Positions 13,847 through 27,485 of a stretch of 64,000 nucleotides of DNA are shown here, piece after piece (within the stretch, counting starts at the first letter, position 1; the number at the start of each line of letters is the position of its first letter). This DNA is from Paraspadella gotoi (taxonomy: Eukaryota > Animalia > Chaetognatha): NCBI GenBank assembly GCA_051294375.1, contig CM119264.1, positions 4,117,392 to 4,181,391 on the forward strand. The letters are read 5' to 3'. The notes under the pieces were generated by a model, which ran no database searches, was not told where the DNA came from, and saw only the letters and a program-made list of their open reading frames with translations. Made by a program: the position numbers and the translations under genes.

Positions 13847-14088
13847 ATCAGAAGCGATTCTCAGTCCAGCGATGAAAAAATTAACGTTTTTTTTCTCCTT
13901 TTCATAATAAAAACTTTTTTTGTCTTTCTTCTTCTCATTTTGATTGTTTTTTTTTAAATTAATAGCGAAGGAGTTCTGCTAATATTTTTTTAAAAAAATA
14001 TGGTCATCGTGAATTTCCTTTCTGTTCGTTGTGGTTGCGTATTGGAAGACGTTTTTAATGTTTTTCTACAACGATTTATTTGTATTAA

Positions 14089-14130
14089 AACGTACATGTT
14101 TCGGCTTGCATACAAGCCTTCTTCAGCGTT
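14089..14130 (-). ncRNA. Minimal type I hammerhead ribozyme (Penelope/retrozyme type)
   Basis: Minus strand: AACG-CUGAAGA-A-GGCUUG(UAUG)CAAGCC-GAAA-CAU-GUA^CGUU. It has the catalytic core, a perfect 6-bp stem II, a palindromic ACAUGU stem III, a GUA cleavage triplet and stem I AACG/CGUU. Confidence 0.8.
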
Positions 14131-16189
14131 AACAAATTGTTTTGTGAATTTTGAAATTAATTTTGAGCAAAAGAAGAAGAAGAAGAGAGAGAGAGAGCGA
14201 AAAACAGAGAGAGAGGGCAAAGTTTCCAACACAGAGTTGAGAAAAGAATAGTGGTCTAAAAGTCTTTGCAGTTCGATAATCGGCCCACATTGAGGACATT
14301 TCTAAAATTATCACTTAACGTTAATTTTTGGGGTAACTAAGGATTAACTCAACATTTTTTGTAGTATAAAAGAATTTCTTAGTCTTAATAGAAGCTTCTT
14401 TGATAGTTCATGAACTTAATACGTAATTTTGAAATAAAACTAAAAAAAGTTTATCATATTTAATAAGACTCATTCAACCTCTTTATATTCTCACTTCACA
14501 GAAGTCCTGACAGGTCGCCTTAATAGCTCCGATTTATTTCCAAAACATGTAAGANNNNNNNNNNNNNNNNNNNNNNNNNGAAGAAAAAAGAAAAAAAAAA
14601 GAGAAAAAAAGGTGTGTGTAGTATATTTTGTTTTACAGAGAAGGGGGCGGTTGAGGGGAGGGGTGGAAGGGGAAGGGAAAGGGGAAGGGGAAGGGGAGGA
14701 ATGTGGAAAGGGAAAAGGGGAAGGGAGAAGGGGAAGAGGAGAGCGGAGAGAACATCCGGGAGGGGCCGGTGGGAAAGAGAAAGAAAAAGTATATTTGAAT
14801 TTTTTTTTTTTTAAAATTCTCATCAACGCTAGAAATTTTGGAGGCGTTTAATTTGTTTTATGGATCTCTTTAATTTTACGACGAGAGAAGCCAAGAGAGA
14901 CGAGCCACTTGATAATCCATTCTCATGCGTTGTTAACAATATAATTGAAAGTATTATCATTTCAACGATGGTTGAATTTATAAAGAAAACAATTTGCTAA
15001 AAATTGTCAACGCCAAAGCTATGTTTTGTTTTTTTTTTAATAAAGAAGATAGCAAAATATATCTGTTTAGCTTTTTCTATGTGCAATTCAAACAGAAAAA
15101 AATGGGGGAAGAAATTCTGAAAGAAAAAAGCCGAAAAACATAAACTTATCTCGTATTTCCAGTAAAATTCGTAGCGAACAGGGTAACGGGAAAAATTAAG
15201 CATCCGTAAACGTCGTAACTGAAATCGATACACTACGCTACTACCGTGCTACGCCTGCGATTCGGCGCGCCCGTCCACTTTGATTCCGACTTATAAACGG
15301 CGATTTTACCGATTACGACACCTGGAAAAAACGGCCTCAACCGCGAGCTGTTATAGTCATTAACTTTTTTTTAGCTTCGCGTCCTCTGTGGCTCTTTTCG
15401 CCCATCTTTTTCCTATTTCTCTCTTCTCTCGCTCTCTCTCATCTCTCTCGTCTCTCATCTCTGCGCGACTACCTTCTCTTCCCTTTCTCACTCTCTCTCT
15501 CTCTCTCCGTCTCTCTCTCCGATTACTCCTCTCTCCCGCTCTGGCTGGAGATCTTTTCTCACTGTTCTGGCGCCACGAGGTCTTAATGATGGTGCCACTC
15601 TTTTCCCTTCCGTTATTTGTGATAAGTAAGGGAGCTGGCAGTTTCGGTAGCCCTTTCCCATGAATGGGCCCTTGCTTCAGAGTTGGGTGAAGATTCGATA
15701 AATGAGATAAAGTGAGCAATTGGCCTGAGGAATTTTCCTCTTCTCATCTCATCTCTTACATGTTTTGGAAATAAATCGGAACTAATTAAGGCGACCTGTC
15801 AGGACTTCTGTGAAGTGAGATCTAAAAAGGTTGAATGAGTCTTATTAAATATGATAAACTTTCTTTTATATTTATTTTCAAAATTACGTATTAAGTTCAT
15901 GGTGATCTATTGCAAAGAAGCTTCTATTCAAGACTAAGAAATTCTTTTATACTACACAAATGTTGGAGTTAATCCTTAGTTACCCCAAAATTAACGTTAA
16001 GTGATTAATTTTTAGAAAATGTTCTCAATGTGGGCCGATTACCGAACTGCAAAAGACTTTTAGACCACTATTCTATTTTCTCAACTCTGTGGTGGAAACT
16101 TTGCCCTCTCTCTCTAGTTTTTCGCTCTCTCTCCTTCTTACTTCTTCTTCTTTGCTCAAAATTAATTCAAAATTCACAAAACATTTGTT

Positions 16190-16230
16190 AACGCTGAGAA
16201 GGCTTGTATGCAAGCCGAAACATGTACGTT
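16190..16230 (+). ncRNA. Hammerhead ribozyme copy inside the inverted duplication
   Basis: AACG-CUGAGAA-GGCUUG(UAUG)CAAGCC-GAAA-CAUGUA^CGUU, the inverted copy of 14089-14130 with one A missing. It may be an assembly duplicate. Confidence 0.55.
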
Positions 16231-16752
16231 TTTAAGTACAATAAATCGATTGTAGAAAAACATTAAAAACGTCTTCCCATACGCAACCACAACGAACAGA
16301 AGGAAATCTCACGATGACGCAATATTTTTTTAAAAAAATATATTAGCAGAGAACTCACTATTCGCTATTATCTGGTTTAAAAAAAAACAATCAAAATGAG
16401 AAGAAGAAAAGGACAAAAAAATCTCTCTCTTCTCTCTCTCGTCATCTACTCTCTCCCTCTTCGCTTGGGTCATCGTTAATTTCTTTCGTCTCCGTTCGAC
16501 GCCGTTGGATTCCGTTGACATGAGGTCCCTAAGAGGACGAGTAAGCAAAGGTCAGAGGTCACCGTACTCCCACTGGTCCGAAAGACGACGACGACGACGA
16601 CTACGCACACAACTCCGCCGCCGCCGCCGCCGCCACCGCCGCCGCCGCCAAAAAAGACGATGCCGACGATGATAACATCGGCGGCGGACGACGGCGGCAG
16701 CGGTAGCGGCGGATTATCCCATTGTGCGGTTTCCAGCTCGGGCGTTGAAAAC

Positions 16753-16784
<32 letters not shown>

Positions 16785-17561
16785 AGACGATGACGACGAT
16801 GACGTCGGCGATGGATAACACGCGATATCGAGAAAAAAAAATGACAGAGTTAAAAGTTAATTTCCCATGGTGCAGAGTTTTTTTCATTTATTTGATCATT
16901 TGTATGATAAACTAAACTTTTTTTAATTATAGTTTGTTTCTTAATTATTTAAATCCGCTTTGAAAGGATTTGAAGAGGGCCGTAATTGGTATAAATTTGC
17001 TATTTATTATTAACTTAAATCTTTGGCAATTCCGATATTGGTGTGTACAAAAGTGAAAACCACTACTTATTTTTTATGCAACAAAAAATATTTTGTTATA
17101 CTACGCTCCTATCATAACTCATATCATCTATCTGTCGTCATCAATCACACTTTTCCGTTTCTCCTTATCTATTATATCATCGCTTATCTATTTCTTTTCA
17201 CCGATCGTGACGTGAACTTTTCTTCAGCTCTCGATACCAACTTTTATCACAAATCACAAAAAAAAAACACACAAAAGCTGATTCGTTCACTTTTTTATTT
17301 CTTTCCTTTTTTCACGAAATATCGAGCGTAAATTAAAAGTGACGCTTTAAGAGGCGAGAGGGAAAAAGAGGTCCTTCCTTTTTTTCTTCCTTTTTTTCTT
17401 TCTTTTATTTCTCCTTCTCCTCCTTCTCTCGGCTTGCTCTTTTGTTTGACCCGCTTGACAGGTTGCTCAAAGCTTCTTTTTTTTCGCACGCATTGGGAGA
17501 AAAAGCGCTGACTTCGCTTTTTGTCTCTCTCTCTCTCTGTCTATCTCTCTCTCTCTCTCTG

Positions 17562-17603
<42 letters not shown>

Positions 17604-17631
17604 CCTCGCCTTGTTTACCATTCCTAGCAAG

Positions 17632-17686
<55 letters not shown>

Positions 17687-18958
17687 GGTGGAAGTAAAGA
17701 GAACCCCTTTTCCTCTGTTTGTTTTTGTATTCTTTTTTTTTCAAGAGAGCGAATTAATTAGCTTTTGTCTCGTTATTTGTTTTCAATACTCGGTCCGTTG
17801 TGTAACGAAGGGAAAAATGAGAGAAAAAAAGAGAAACACTTTTTTTTATTTATCGCAGCCACGCGGCCGGCCAAAAACTGCCGAATACAAATAGAAAACA
17901 GAGGCGAAAACAAAGAGAAAACAAAGTGGAAACTGAGATAAAATTAGATAATATCAAAAAAGGGAAATGCAAAATATACAAAAGGCAAATTTCAAACAAG
18001 AAGACAATAATGAGATTAAAACAAATGATGAAACAACTGACATTATTTTATTTCAATTTCGTTGTTTATATTTTGGAGAATATTATAAAACAAATACAAA
18101 AATAATTTGTTTTTATTTTTATATTTAAAATTAAAATAAAAAAAGCAAATTGTTTTTGCTCATTCCTTTCCTCTCCCTTCCTCTCTGCACGTGTCTCCCA
18201 AAAAAGGGGAGAAAATTCAAAGTTGAAAAAAAAAGGAAAAAAAAAGGAAAAAAAAAGGAAAAGATACGAGACAAGTCTCGACGGATTCCCTGGAGATTCC
18301 GTGAAAAAGGAGGAAATGAGAGGAAAAAAGGGGGAGAAGAAAGGAAATAAAAGAAAAGGAAATAAAGGAAATAAAGGAAATAAGCTTTGGGAGGAAAAAA
18401 AACACGAAAGGTAGTAGAAAGAAAAAAAGAAAAGAAATTTAAATCAAAGGAAAAAAGTTAGGAAAAAGATAAAAAGGAAAAGAAGAGAAAGTAAGAAAGA
18501 AAAAAAAAGATAAAAAAAGAAAAAAAATTTAAAAAAATCATAAACTAAGAACCAAAATGAATAAATAAAATAACAACCGAATGTTTCCGGCAAAAATAAA
18601 AGTCTCCTAAAATTTTTCACCTCCCTTTTTCCTTTCTTTCCTTTCACTTGCCATTGTAAAGCCAATTTCTTTCCGGCCTCTTTTTCCGCAGTTCGACTTT
18701 TGGTGGGCGGGGCCCCGAACGAGCATAGACGCTGCGCTATACGACCGTGCTTTAAAACTGAAGACAGAGGAAAGAGAAGGAGTGCTTGCCTTTTGTTTTA
18801 CATTTATCTAACTCTTTCACTATGTCTCTTTCTCTGTCTGTGTCTCTGTCTCTATATCTCTCTCCCTCTCGTTCCCAGTTCGCCCCTTCGCCGCCAGGGT
18901 TGGACATCCCACCGAGCTCTCTCGCCAATGTTTACCAATTAAGGCCAATTTGACGGGA

Positions 18959-19086
<128 letters not shown>

Positions 19087-19527
19087 AAGACGAGAACAAC
19101 AAACAAAAAGACAAAACCATTTTTCTCCTTCCTTCAGTCTTTAACGTCGCTGAGAGGAGAAAATGAATAAATAGGGGAAGGGGGAGGAAGAGGAGAAGGA
19201 GGAGGAAGAGGAGGAGGAGGAGCAGGGGGTAAGTGAAGAATAACGATCACAAGGAGAATGTGAGAAAAAACTACGATTATAACCTCATGATAAATAAATA
19301 AAACCGGTTGAACATTTTAATTGTTTACTAATTGATCGGGAAATTACTTTTCGTAGTTAATTTGTAAATACACTTTTTAGTTTTAAACTTATTATTCAAT
19401 TTATGAACAGAATATTTATCAAAAAAATATTTTTAAACAAAAACAACAACAACAACAACAACGAGAAGAGAAGAAACCGAAAATTAAGACGGCGCTCAAG
19501 AGAAACGTTGGCGCCCAGAGAAGCCAG

Positions 19528-19582
<55 letters not shown>

Positions 19583-20071
19583 CCTCTCTCAACCCCCAAC
19601 TCGCTTCCTCTCCCGTCTCTCTGTCTCTGTCTCTCTGTTGTACTATCGAATTAAGCCCGAATTTTTTTTCTCTCTTTTTCTCTTTCTTCTAAACTCATGA
19701 GATTTGGATTGAGATTCAGGGGGTTTGTGCGTAAGAACGTGAATATTTTATTCATTTGCAAAAGAAATATCTTCTTTAAACTCGGTATCACAGCAGCAAT
19801 GGGATTTCAAGAAAGACATTGGCGCAATTTATCTTGTGATTAAGATCAAGTTAAAGTATAAAGACAAAACAGTGTTTTTTATCATTAAAAAAATAACTAA
19901 ATAAATAGGAACATTTGTAAAATACCATATATTGTCAGAAGTCAGGGGCGAATTAGCTTATTTATTAAATATATAATTTTTATATTGGTTGTACCGATTT
20001 AATACTTACGTGATTGAGTCGTTATCGTTTTAAGGGGTGCAACCACAACTCCGTGCCAGATCACCTTGGAT

Positions 20072-22218
20072 CATGCTCGGTGCGAAAGTGTGAAAAAAAA
20101 AGTGTTCATAATTTAACCCAGATTCAAAGCTTCAGCTTCTGACGCAGGAAATCGGCAGCAGGCCGTGTCGGAGGCGCCGCAGAACCGCACGCGGCAGCCT
20201 CGGTGCACGCAGAGGTAGACGCAGGCGCTTGCATGCATTCACACGTCGATCTTCGTTCGAGGAACGATCTGTATGTCTATTTTCATTCTTGTTTTCATCT
20301 TTGAAAACTGGCGAGCTACTATTTCTGAAGGTGCTTTTTATAAGTCTCATTCCTTGCTACTGTACGTAGTCAGGCGATCGAAAGAGTAAGAAGTAACCAA
20401 ATGAAAGTTTCCAAATTTATCTATGCGTCGTGGTTCTACATTGGCGCAATTCCCTCACCCCTCGGGAGCCATTCCGGTGTCGTCGCTATCTCCCATTTTC
20501 ATTCTTCGAACGTAAGCAAAAATTATGGTTGCTATGACAATAACCAACACGATGAAATAAAAACAAAAACGAAAAACCCCCTCGTGCTTTTTCTCGCGAG
20601 CTTTAAGTTTTAATAATTGTGCAATAGCTATTAACGTGAATAGTGAAAATGAAAGATACCCACCATCAGTCCCGTAAAGTGTAGTGTGTTCAAGAGATAT
20701 CAGGAAATGTGAAGAGAGCTTTAAACTTGCTGTTAAGGCGCATGCAACGATTTCACACTTTCATTATCTGAAGCTAAAAGATGTTTAATTTCTTACCGAG
20801 ATCATCCTCTTTATTTTTACCCAAAAAATATCAATTTTGGGTAGAAATAAACGATATGAGATTGTTGCCGCCCACTTTCCTCGTAGGCGTCAGCGGCGCC
20901 GTCGGCAGCAGGGTCGTCGGCAGCGGCGTCGTCGCAGCGTCGGCGACGACGGTTGCGACAGCTGTTTGGTTTGACGTTTGAAAAATTCCGCCAAGACGGA
21001 GAAGGGGAAAATACGGCGAAATGGAAATAAACACAAATTTTTTTCTATTTTTATTTCTATTTCTTCCTTGTGTTTCATTCCGAAATTAAATGCAGTTGAA
21101 TGATGCAATCCGAGAAGCGTTCCACCTTGGAGTGAATTCACCGTCATGATGCACTCAAAACGCGCGAACGCATGCACTCGCACGTATACAATTCACAATA
21201 CATCGTTCATGAGCTCACACATTCACGACTCCTGTCGAAACATTATTTCATGGATTTTTAAAAAAATTTAGCTGCATTTTGATACGCAATGAGAAAAAGG
21301 AATGCAAGTTGGAAAATAACAGCCGAGCAATTGCGTTTTTTATTTCAAAATTTCGCAATTAATTGTGAGCAATTTCTGTTTTTATATATTCGATTTTCTA
21401 AACCGCATTCACATTCTTTTTTTTTTGTATACATACTGGATCCTCGTTCAAACGTTGCATAAAAGTAAAAATATATTATAAAATTCATGCCTTTTTCCAT
21501 TTCTCTAAATCTGCATTCCGTAACGACTTTGAATTCACACTTGCGTCATCGTTTTGCCCTGGCAATATCTTGACCGGGGGTCGACCATGCTAACGTGGAG
21601 ACCAGCGGGTCCGCCATGCCTTTGGAAGGAGTCGTCCCTGACCGCGCCGTGCGATCACAGTAATATCTCAATCGTTCACAATCACGATCAGTGATATTCA
21701 TTCAGCTTCTTTCTTCTTTCTTAAAAAAAAAATAAATGAAAACCATATTCAAGCGCTCGCGAAGCATTCAGTGACACGCCTTTGCGATAATCCGGTTGCA
21801 ATGAATTTTTTACGGTGCGATAAATTTCTTATGCTGCTAAATTGCTGTATACACGTTTTCGTTAAAAGAGCGGGAAAATCTGGAAGGCAAACGCCGAAAC
21901 TGAGAAGCAGGCATTAAAACTTGACAAAGAGAGATAACAGAATTATTATTGAAAGCCAAATCTGCTCTCACTTTGATGTTACCCCATTAAAAAGGCTCAA
22001 TCTAGATAACATCCCAGTTTGGCCTCTCATGCGCTCAAATGAATTTCATTTTCTTTTCCCCATTCTCTTCATCAATGAAGAATTAAAAAAAACTTCGTAA
22101 GATCGAAACGTAGATTCTGAATTTTCCAGTGACGAGGCGCTGCCCGCCCTACCGCCGCTGCCGACGCTCATGCGAAAAAGAAACGCGAAAAAACGTCCCA
22201 CTTGTGCGTCGCTCATGC
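20072..22218 (-). promoter_or_regulatory. Second cluster of GCAUG motifs on the minus strand
   Basis: CATGC (plus strand) at 20072, 20232, 20741, 21171, 21486, 21586, 21615, 22028, 22169 and 22214. Three are CATGCA (20232, 20741, 21171). Confidence 0.45.
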
Positions 22219-22219
22219 G

Positions 22220-22316
<97 letters not shown>

Positions 22317-24847
22317 TATCACAGAGGCCATGAATCACTCGTTTTCGCATAATGAGTTGAGGTAGCGTGGTGAAATAAAATGCAACAAATTATAAATCAT
22401 AATAATACTTAATGCAAAATGCAGTTCTTTTATTGCTTTTCTTTTTCTGCTTGATTCCTCTCGCGAAAATAAGCACTGTTTAACAACAGCAATGGTAATT
22501 TTTTTTTTATTGCCATATTTACAGTAAAAAAAGTATCGGTGCAGAGCTGTATAAAATCATATGAGGGCATTCAATTACATAGTATTTCATATGCAGCATA
22601 AAAATATGACAGCGAACATTTTGGGGGGGCAATAAATACCGAACGCAATTCGGGAAGTTAAGTAAGTTAAGTACGAAATTTTTTTTTGATACGAATAAAA
22701 CTTGTGCTCAACGAATCTTAAATGTAAAGTGAATGCGGAAAGAGACGAGGTGAAAAATAATATTTCCCGTTTTTCTTTCGATAAACGTGGCAAAGGAAAA
22801 CGTGAGATGGGAACGTGGTAACAAGGAAGGAACGTGCGGAGGGGGGGGGTGAAGGTAATGCCAAAGTCACGCCAAAGTCACACACACAAACAAAACAAAC
22901 AAGCAAATCAGGCGAAGAAAAAAAAAGAACAAGATGCTTAAAAAATGAAGGATTGAATAATTGGACACGATGCAGTTGGTGAACGAGTTTAAGTCGGTGA
23001 TTCGAAATAGGAAGTTGGAATTTGTTTGGAACGACGAATCGAGAAGAATAAGCGGGGAAGGGTTGAGTAAGGAAGAAAGTGATGAAGAAAGGAAGAAAGA
23101 AAGACAGAAAGAAAGGGAAAAAAAAGAGAGAGAAAAAAAGAAAGAAAAGGAGAAATGAAAAAAAAGTTAAAGCTAAAAAAAAAAGAAAAAAATAAGAAAA
23201 GATACAGGCATGTCCGCTTGTTTCGAGACAAATTGTTATTGAGCGACCGATTCACCTTGAAGCTCTAGTACAGGGAAGGAAAATTGAAACGATAAAAAGG
23301 AAGGGCGCTTTATGAAAGGGAAAAAGGTCAGAGAGAGGGAGAGAGTGAGAGAGAGAGAGAATGAGAGAGAGAGAGAGAAGGCTTAATCTTCCCCCTTTTT
23401 TGCAAACTCTAATTCCGTTGACTCTCTCGACGGCTTAGACGACGTCACGTGATTTCGCAATGCGTTCACGCGAATCTGTGATCACGCGCTTTCGCCCTGC
23501 GTCTAAGAATATCACGAGCCTCGATATTATCCAAGGTTAACGCAGTGAAGGAAAACGAATAATTGGTTATTTGTGATTGAAGCAATCACAGTTCCTGAAA
23601 ATAACCGTTATATAGTACATATTGAAATTAAAATATTACTTGTTTTACCCTTATATGTTATCGTTACAAGTTACAAAATAAAGAACCGCTATCTGGCTTT
23701 GAGTGTAGATTCAGAAACTTTAAGACGAGATCTTGAAAATCTGAGAAGGAAGGAACCCATTCTGTTTCGTATGTCATTTGTCGAACTGGGTGTCCGTCAG
23801 ATTTTTTTTTTCTGAAATAAAAGAGACAATTTGCCAGTTAAGAAAGGCCCGTATGCGATCATATGCGAACAAATACAATCAGATATGATCTAAAGAGAAT
23901 GAAAGACACGCGGTCTCATGTGGGGAGACTAAAGTTGCTTCTATGGGACATTTCTAAGAAAATAGAAACGTGTGAGGCGACTTATCAACGTGGAAGTTAG
24001 GCAACATGCGAGTTCTGTTAGTCTTTATAAATCTTTTTTTACTTTACGATCAGCAATAAGCATCTAAAAAAGATTCAATTTTTGTACTGAAGATATTTTT
24101 CGAAATGTAAACATTTACCCGAAAAAAAAAAGAGAAATGCCTCATTCAAAAATAACATTGCGGGGGGAAAAATTATATACGAATGATATCAATTGGGCAG
24201 AAATAAAATAGCTAGAAAGTAAATCAATATAAAGAATATAATCTGAAAATGATAACATGTCAAGAAGATAGCCAAAAGGGATATAAATTCGATGGAAAGC
24301 AGACAACTCGGAAATATGTTTGTCGGAAAGAAGATCAAGAAGTTTGCCAGGATTAAGATCGAGAGAAAATTTTCCTCTCTGGATTTTTTCAGTTTTACAT
24401 CTGGAGAAACTCGTAACCCCACTCATATTCGACAGGATCGTTTTCAGACATTTTCCACCCCTCGCCTCTTTTCCTCTCAACCCATTTTCTGGATTCCTTT
24501 TACCTAAATTTACTTCCCCTATATGTTTTTTAGCGCCTCTAATTAAACGGTTAAAACTCGATTTATCATTGAACAAAAGACGATCTTTCGCCCTTGGGAA
24601 TCGACGGTTTCAGTGCTGAGAAATAAGTAATATGAATTTAAGATGTGCGAAAAGATTAGGATTTAAAACTAACCTAATAATAATATAGGAAAGATAAATA
24701 AACTTGAGCCCTTTGTTTATCCAGAAAGCAATCGATTATTTTTTTATTCTGTTTTAAGACTTGATTCGTATTACGTCAAAGGCGATGATGGAATTCCTAA
24801 CCGGTTAACATAAATCCTAACGAAGAAAAGAAAAAGAAATTAACATG

Positions 24848-24886
<39 letters not shown>

Positions 24887-26043
24887 AGAGACTTTAAAAA
24901 AATGTTTTCACTTGGAAAGAAAAACCAATCCATGTGAAAGACAACATCGTTTAGAAAAAAGAAAAATTACTGAAATGGGAAAAAGGGGAGAGAGAGGAAA
25001 GCAGTGAGAGAGAGAGAGGAGAGAGGCAGAGAGAGAGACGAGAGAGAGATGAGAGAGAGGGGCTAGAGGACTGTTGTGTTGATGACACAAGCCTCTGCTT
25101 GGCGCATGGCCCGAAAATTCCTTCACTCGCCTCTCTGGAGGCTGTATTTTCTTTGGAAGGTAGTCACGGGCCGAGCGTTGGGGGATGGGAGTGGGTGAAG
25201 CGAATGCTCGACGGTGAAGGTGGGACGGTCAGGGGGCCGGGGGAGGCAAAGGGGTAAGTGGGATGAGGAGCGAAGAGTACGGTGAAGATGCTGCGAAAAA
25301 GAGGAAAGAGAAGTCGACTTGTGGATTCATAAGATGATTCGAAGGAAGAAAAACTTGGAGGGGGTCCAGGGGGGTGAGAGCGAATTATTCGCAAACAGAT
25401 TCTTTTTCGAGATATGAGATTTCGTATCAAATTTCTGAGGTGGTGCTGGGTGATGGGATGGAGAGATGATGGAGTGAAGATGATGGACAAATTGATGGGG
25501 TGTGATGATTGAAGGAAAATAGGATGGAAAAAGTTGTTTTTTTTAGTTAAATTAGACTGAGAAAGTACAATCATGTGCAAAAAAAAAAGGCGCTGCTTTA
25601 TAACTTTAAATTACAGATGCTCCCTAAGAATATTTTTTTTAAATTATAAAAGTTTAAAAAAAAAACAATGTGTATAGGTTTTATCAATATCGGTCAAGCG
25701 GTTTAAGAGATATCATTTATTAAATTTGAGTGTTCCAAATCGAGAAGGGAAAATCGAATATTATTCAAAAGCTTCAGCATCATTAATCCAAAATCGATTT
25801 TCTAAATATAACTTTTTCTTTTTCTTAACCAATAAAATGGAGAGATGAATGAACAATTAAAAAAAAAGAACGAAAAAGAAAATACCCAACAAACTGAAGA
25901 ACCTAAGAACGAAAGCGTAATTAAACGAACGAACGAACCAACGAACGAGCTGAGAAACTGAAGAACGAAAAAGTGAGGGACCGAAGAGAGAAATTTGGAA
26001 AGAAAAAAAATGAATGAATTAACGAATGAACGGATGAACAAAA

Positions 26044-26103
26044 GAACGAACGAACGAACGAACGAACGAACGAACGAACGAACGAACGAACGAACGAACG
26101 AAC
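26044..26103. repeat. (GAAC)n microsatellite
   Basis: Perfect tetranucleotide run. Confidence 0.95.
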
Positions 26104-26453
26104 AGAATTAAAAACTGAAGAACGAAGAAACGGGCGTCGACAAAGAAAAACAAATCAAGATGTTTGGTGGCAGATGTTACGTCTTTTCCTCAACGCGCCG
26201 CGGGGGTGCTACAGCACAAGGATTCCTGCTGCAACAACAGCAAGAGAAACGCAGCAGCAGCCGCGGCGAATTGCAGCGTGGAGAACGATTCTCGCTCGTT
26301 TCCGCCGCCGCCGCCGCCGCCGCCGCACCGGCCGCCCTGTTGATTTCTGGAACAAAAATAGAAAAATCTGAAAATCGAGGCTCCGGAAAAAAGAGGGCAT
26401 GATGTGTGGGTAGAGACGGGCAGGGGCGGAGCTTATTGCGAAACGAGAGAGAT

Positions 26454-26558
<105 letters not shown>

Positions 26559-27344
26559 AAGATCTTGAGCGAGATAAGTGTGAAAGGGCAGAAGATAACG
26601 GGGGAACACGCCGGCGCTAGGATGAATGGGGATTCAAGAAGGAAATGAAAAAAAAAAGAAGAGAAACAAGATGATAAAGAAGGAAAGGAAAGGAAATAAA
26701 AAAGGAGAGGAAATAAAAAAGGAGAGGAAAGGAAAAAGGAAATAAAAACGATGGAAAAAAAATGAGAAGAAAAACAGAATAAAAAAAAAAGGTCGAGACT
26801 TGAAAGACTTTGAAAAAAAAAAAAGGAAAATGTTAGGGAGGGGAGGAAGAGAAAGATGATATATAGAGACGGAATCGTGTATAGAATGAGATTCTCAGTT
26901 CTTACGGTGAGACTGAATACGCGACGGGTAAATTAGAAAAGAACTCGGGTAAGACCGATCAAATGAGGATAAATTAAGGAAGGTATTAACGGGGGGAAAA
27001 GGAAAAGGAAGGGAAATAGCAAAACAAAATCTTTAAAGGGATTAGCAGAGCGAAAATGCCGAGTGAGTAAAAACAAAAACTTTTTTTCGAATTTTTGACG
27101 TTTAGGAGTTAAACTGACAAAATTTGAAATCGAAAAGAAATCTTTTTAAATCGACTAAAAGGAAAAGATGGGATGAGGCTGATAGATATCATTCGGACCG
27201 AAACATTTTAATTTTTTTTATTTACATATAGAATAACAAGTGTTAAAGGTATTTTTTTTCAAACGTCGTATTCATTTATTTATTTATTTTCCTATTTACT
27301 ATTTATTTATTATTTATTCATTTTTTAAAAATTATTTATTCTTA

Positions 27345-27355
27345 TTTATTTATCT

Positions 27356-27426
<71 letters not shown>

Positions 27427-27431
27427 TTTGT

Positions 27432-27482
<51 letters not shown>

Positions 27483-27485
27483 TTT
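27345..27485. repeat. (TTTA)n microsatellite
   Basis: Near-perfect tetranucleotide run. Confidence 0.95.

Larger units (their letters stand above)
13915..16420. repeat. Long inverted duplication (arms of about 640 bp: 13915-14554 and 15754-16420)
   Basis: The arms are reverse complements (e.g. CACAGAAGTCCTGACAGGTCGCC vs GGCGACCTGTCAGGACTTCTGTG) and differ mainly by small indels. The left arm ends exactly at a 25-N gap. Confidence 0.85.

Noticed and set aside
20115-20350. GC-rich segment with short Cys-rich or Arg-rich ORFs
   Set aside because: No recognisable protein family and no consistent exon chain.
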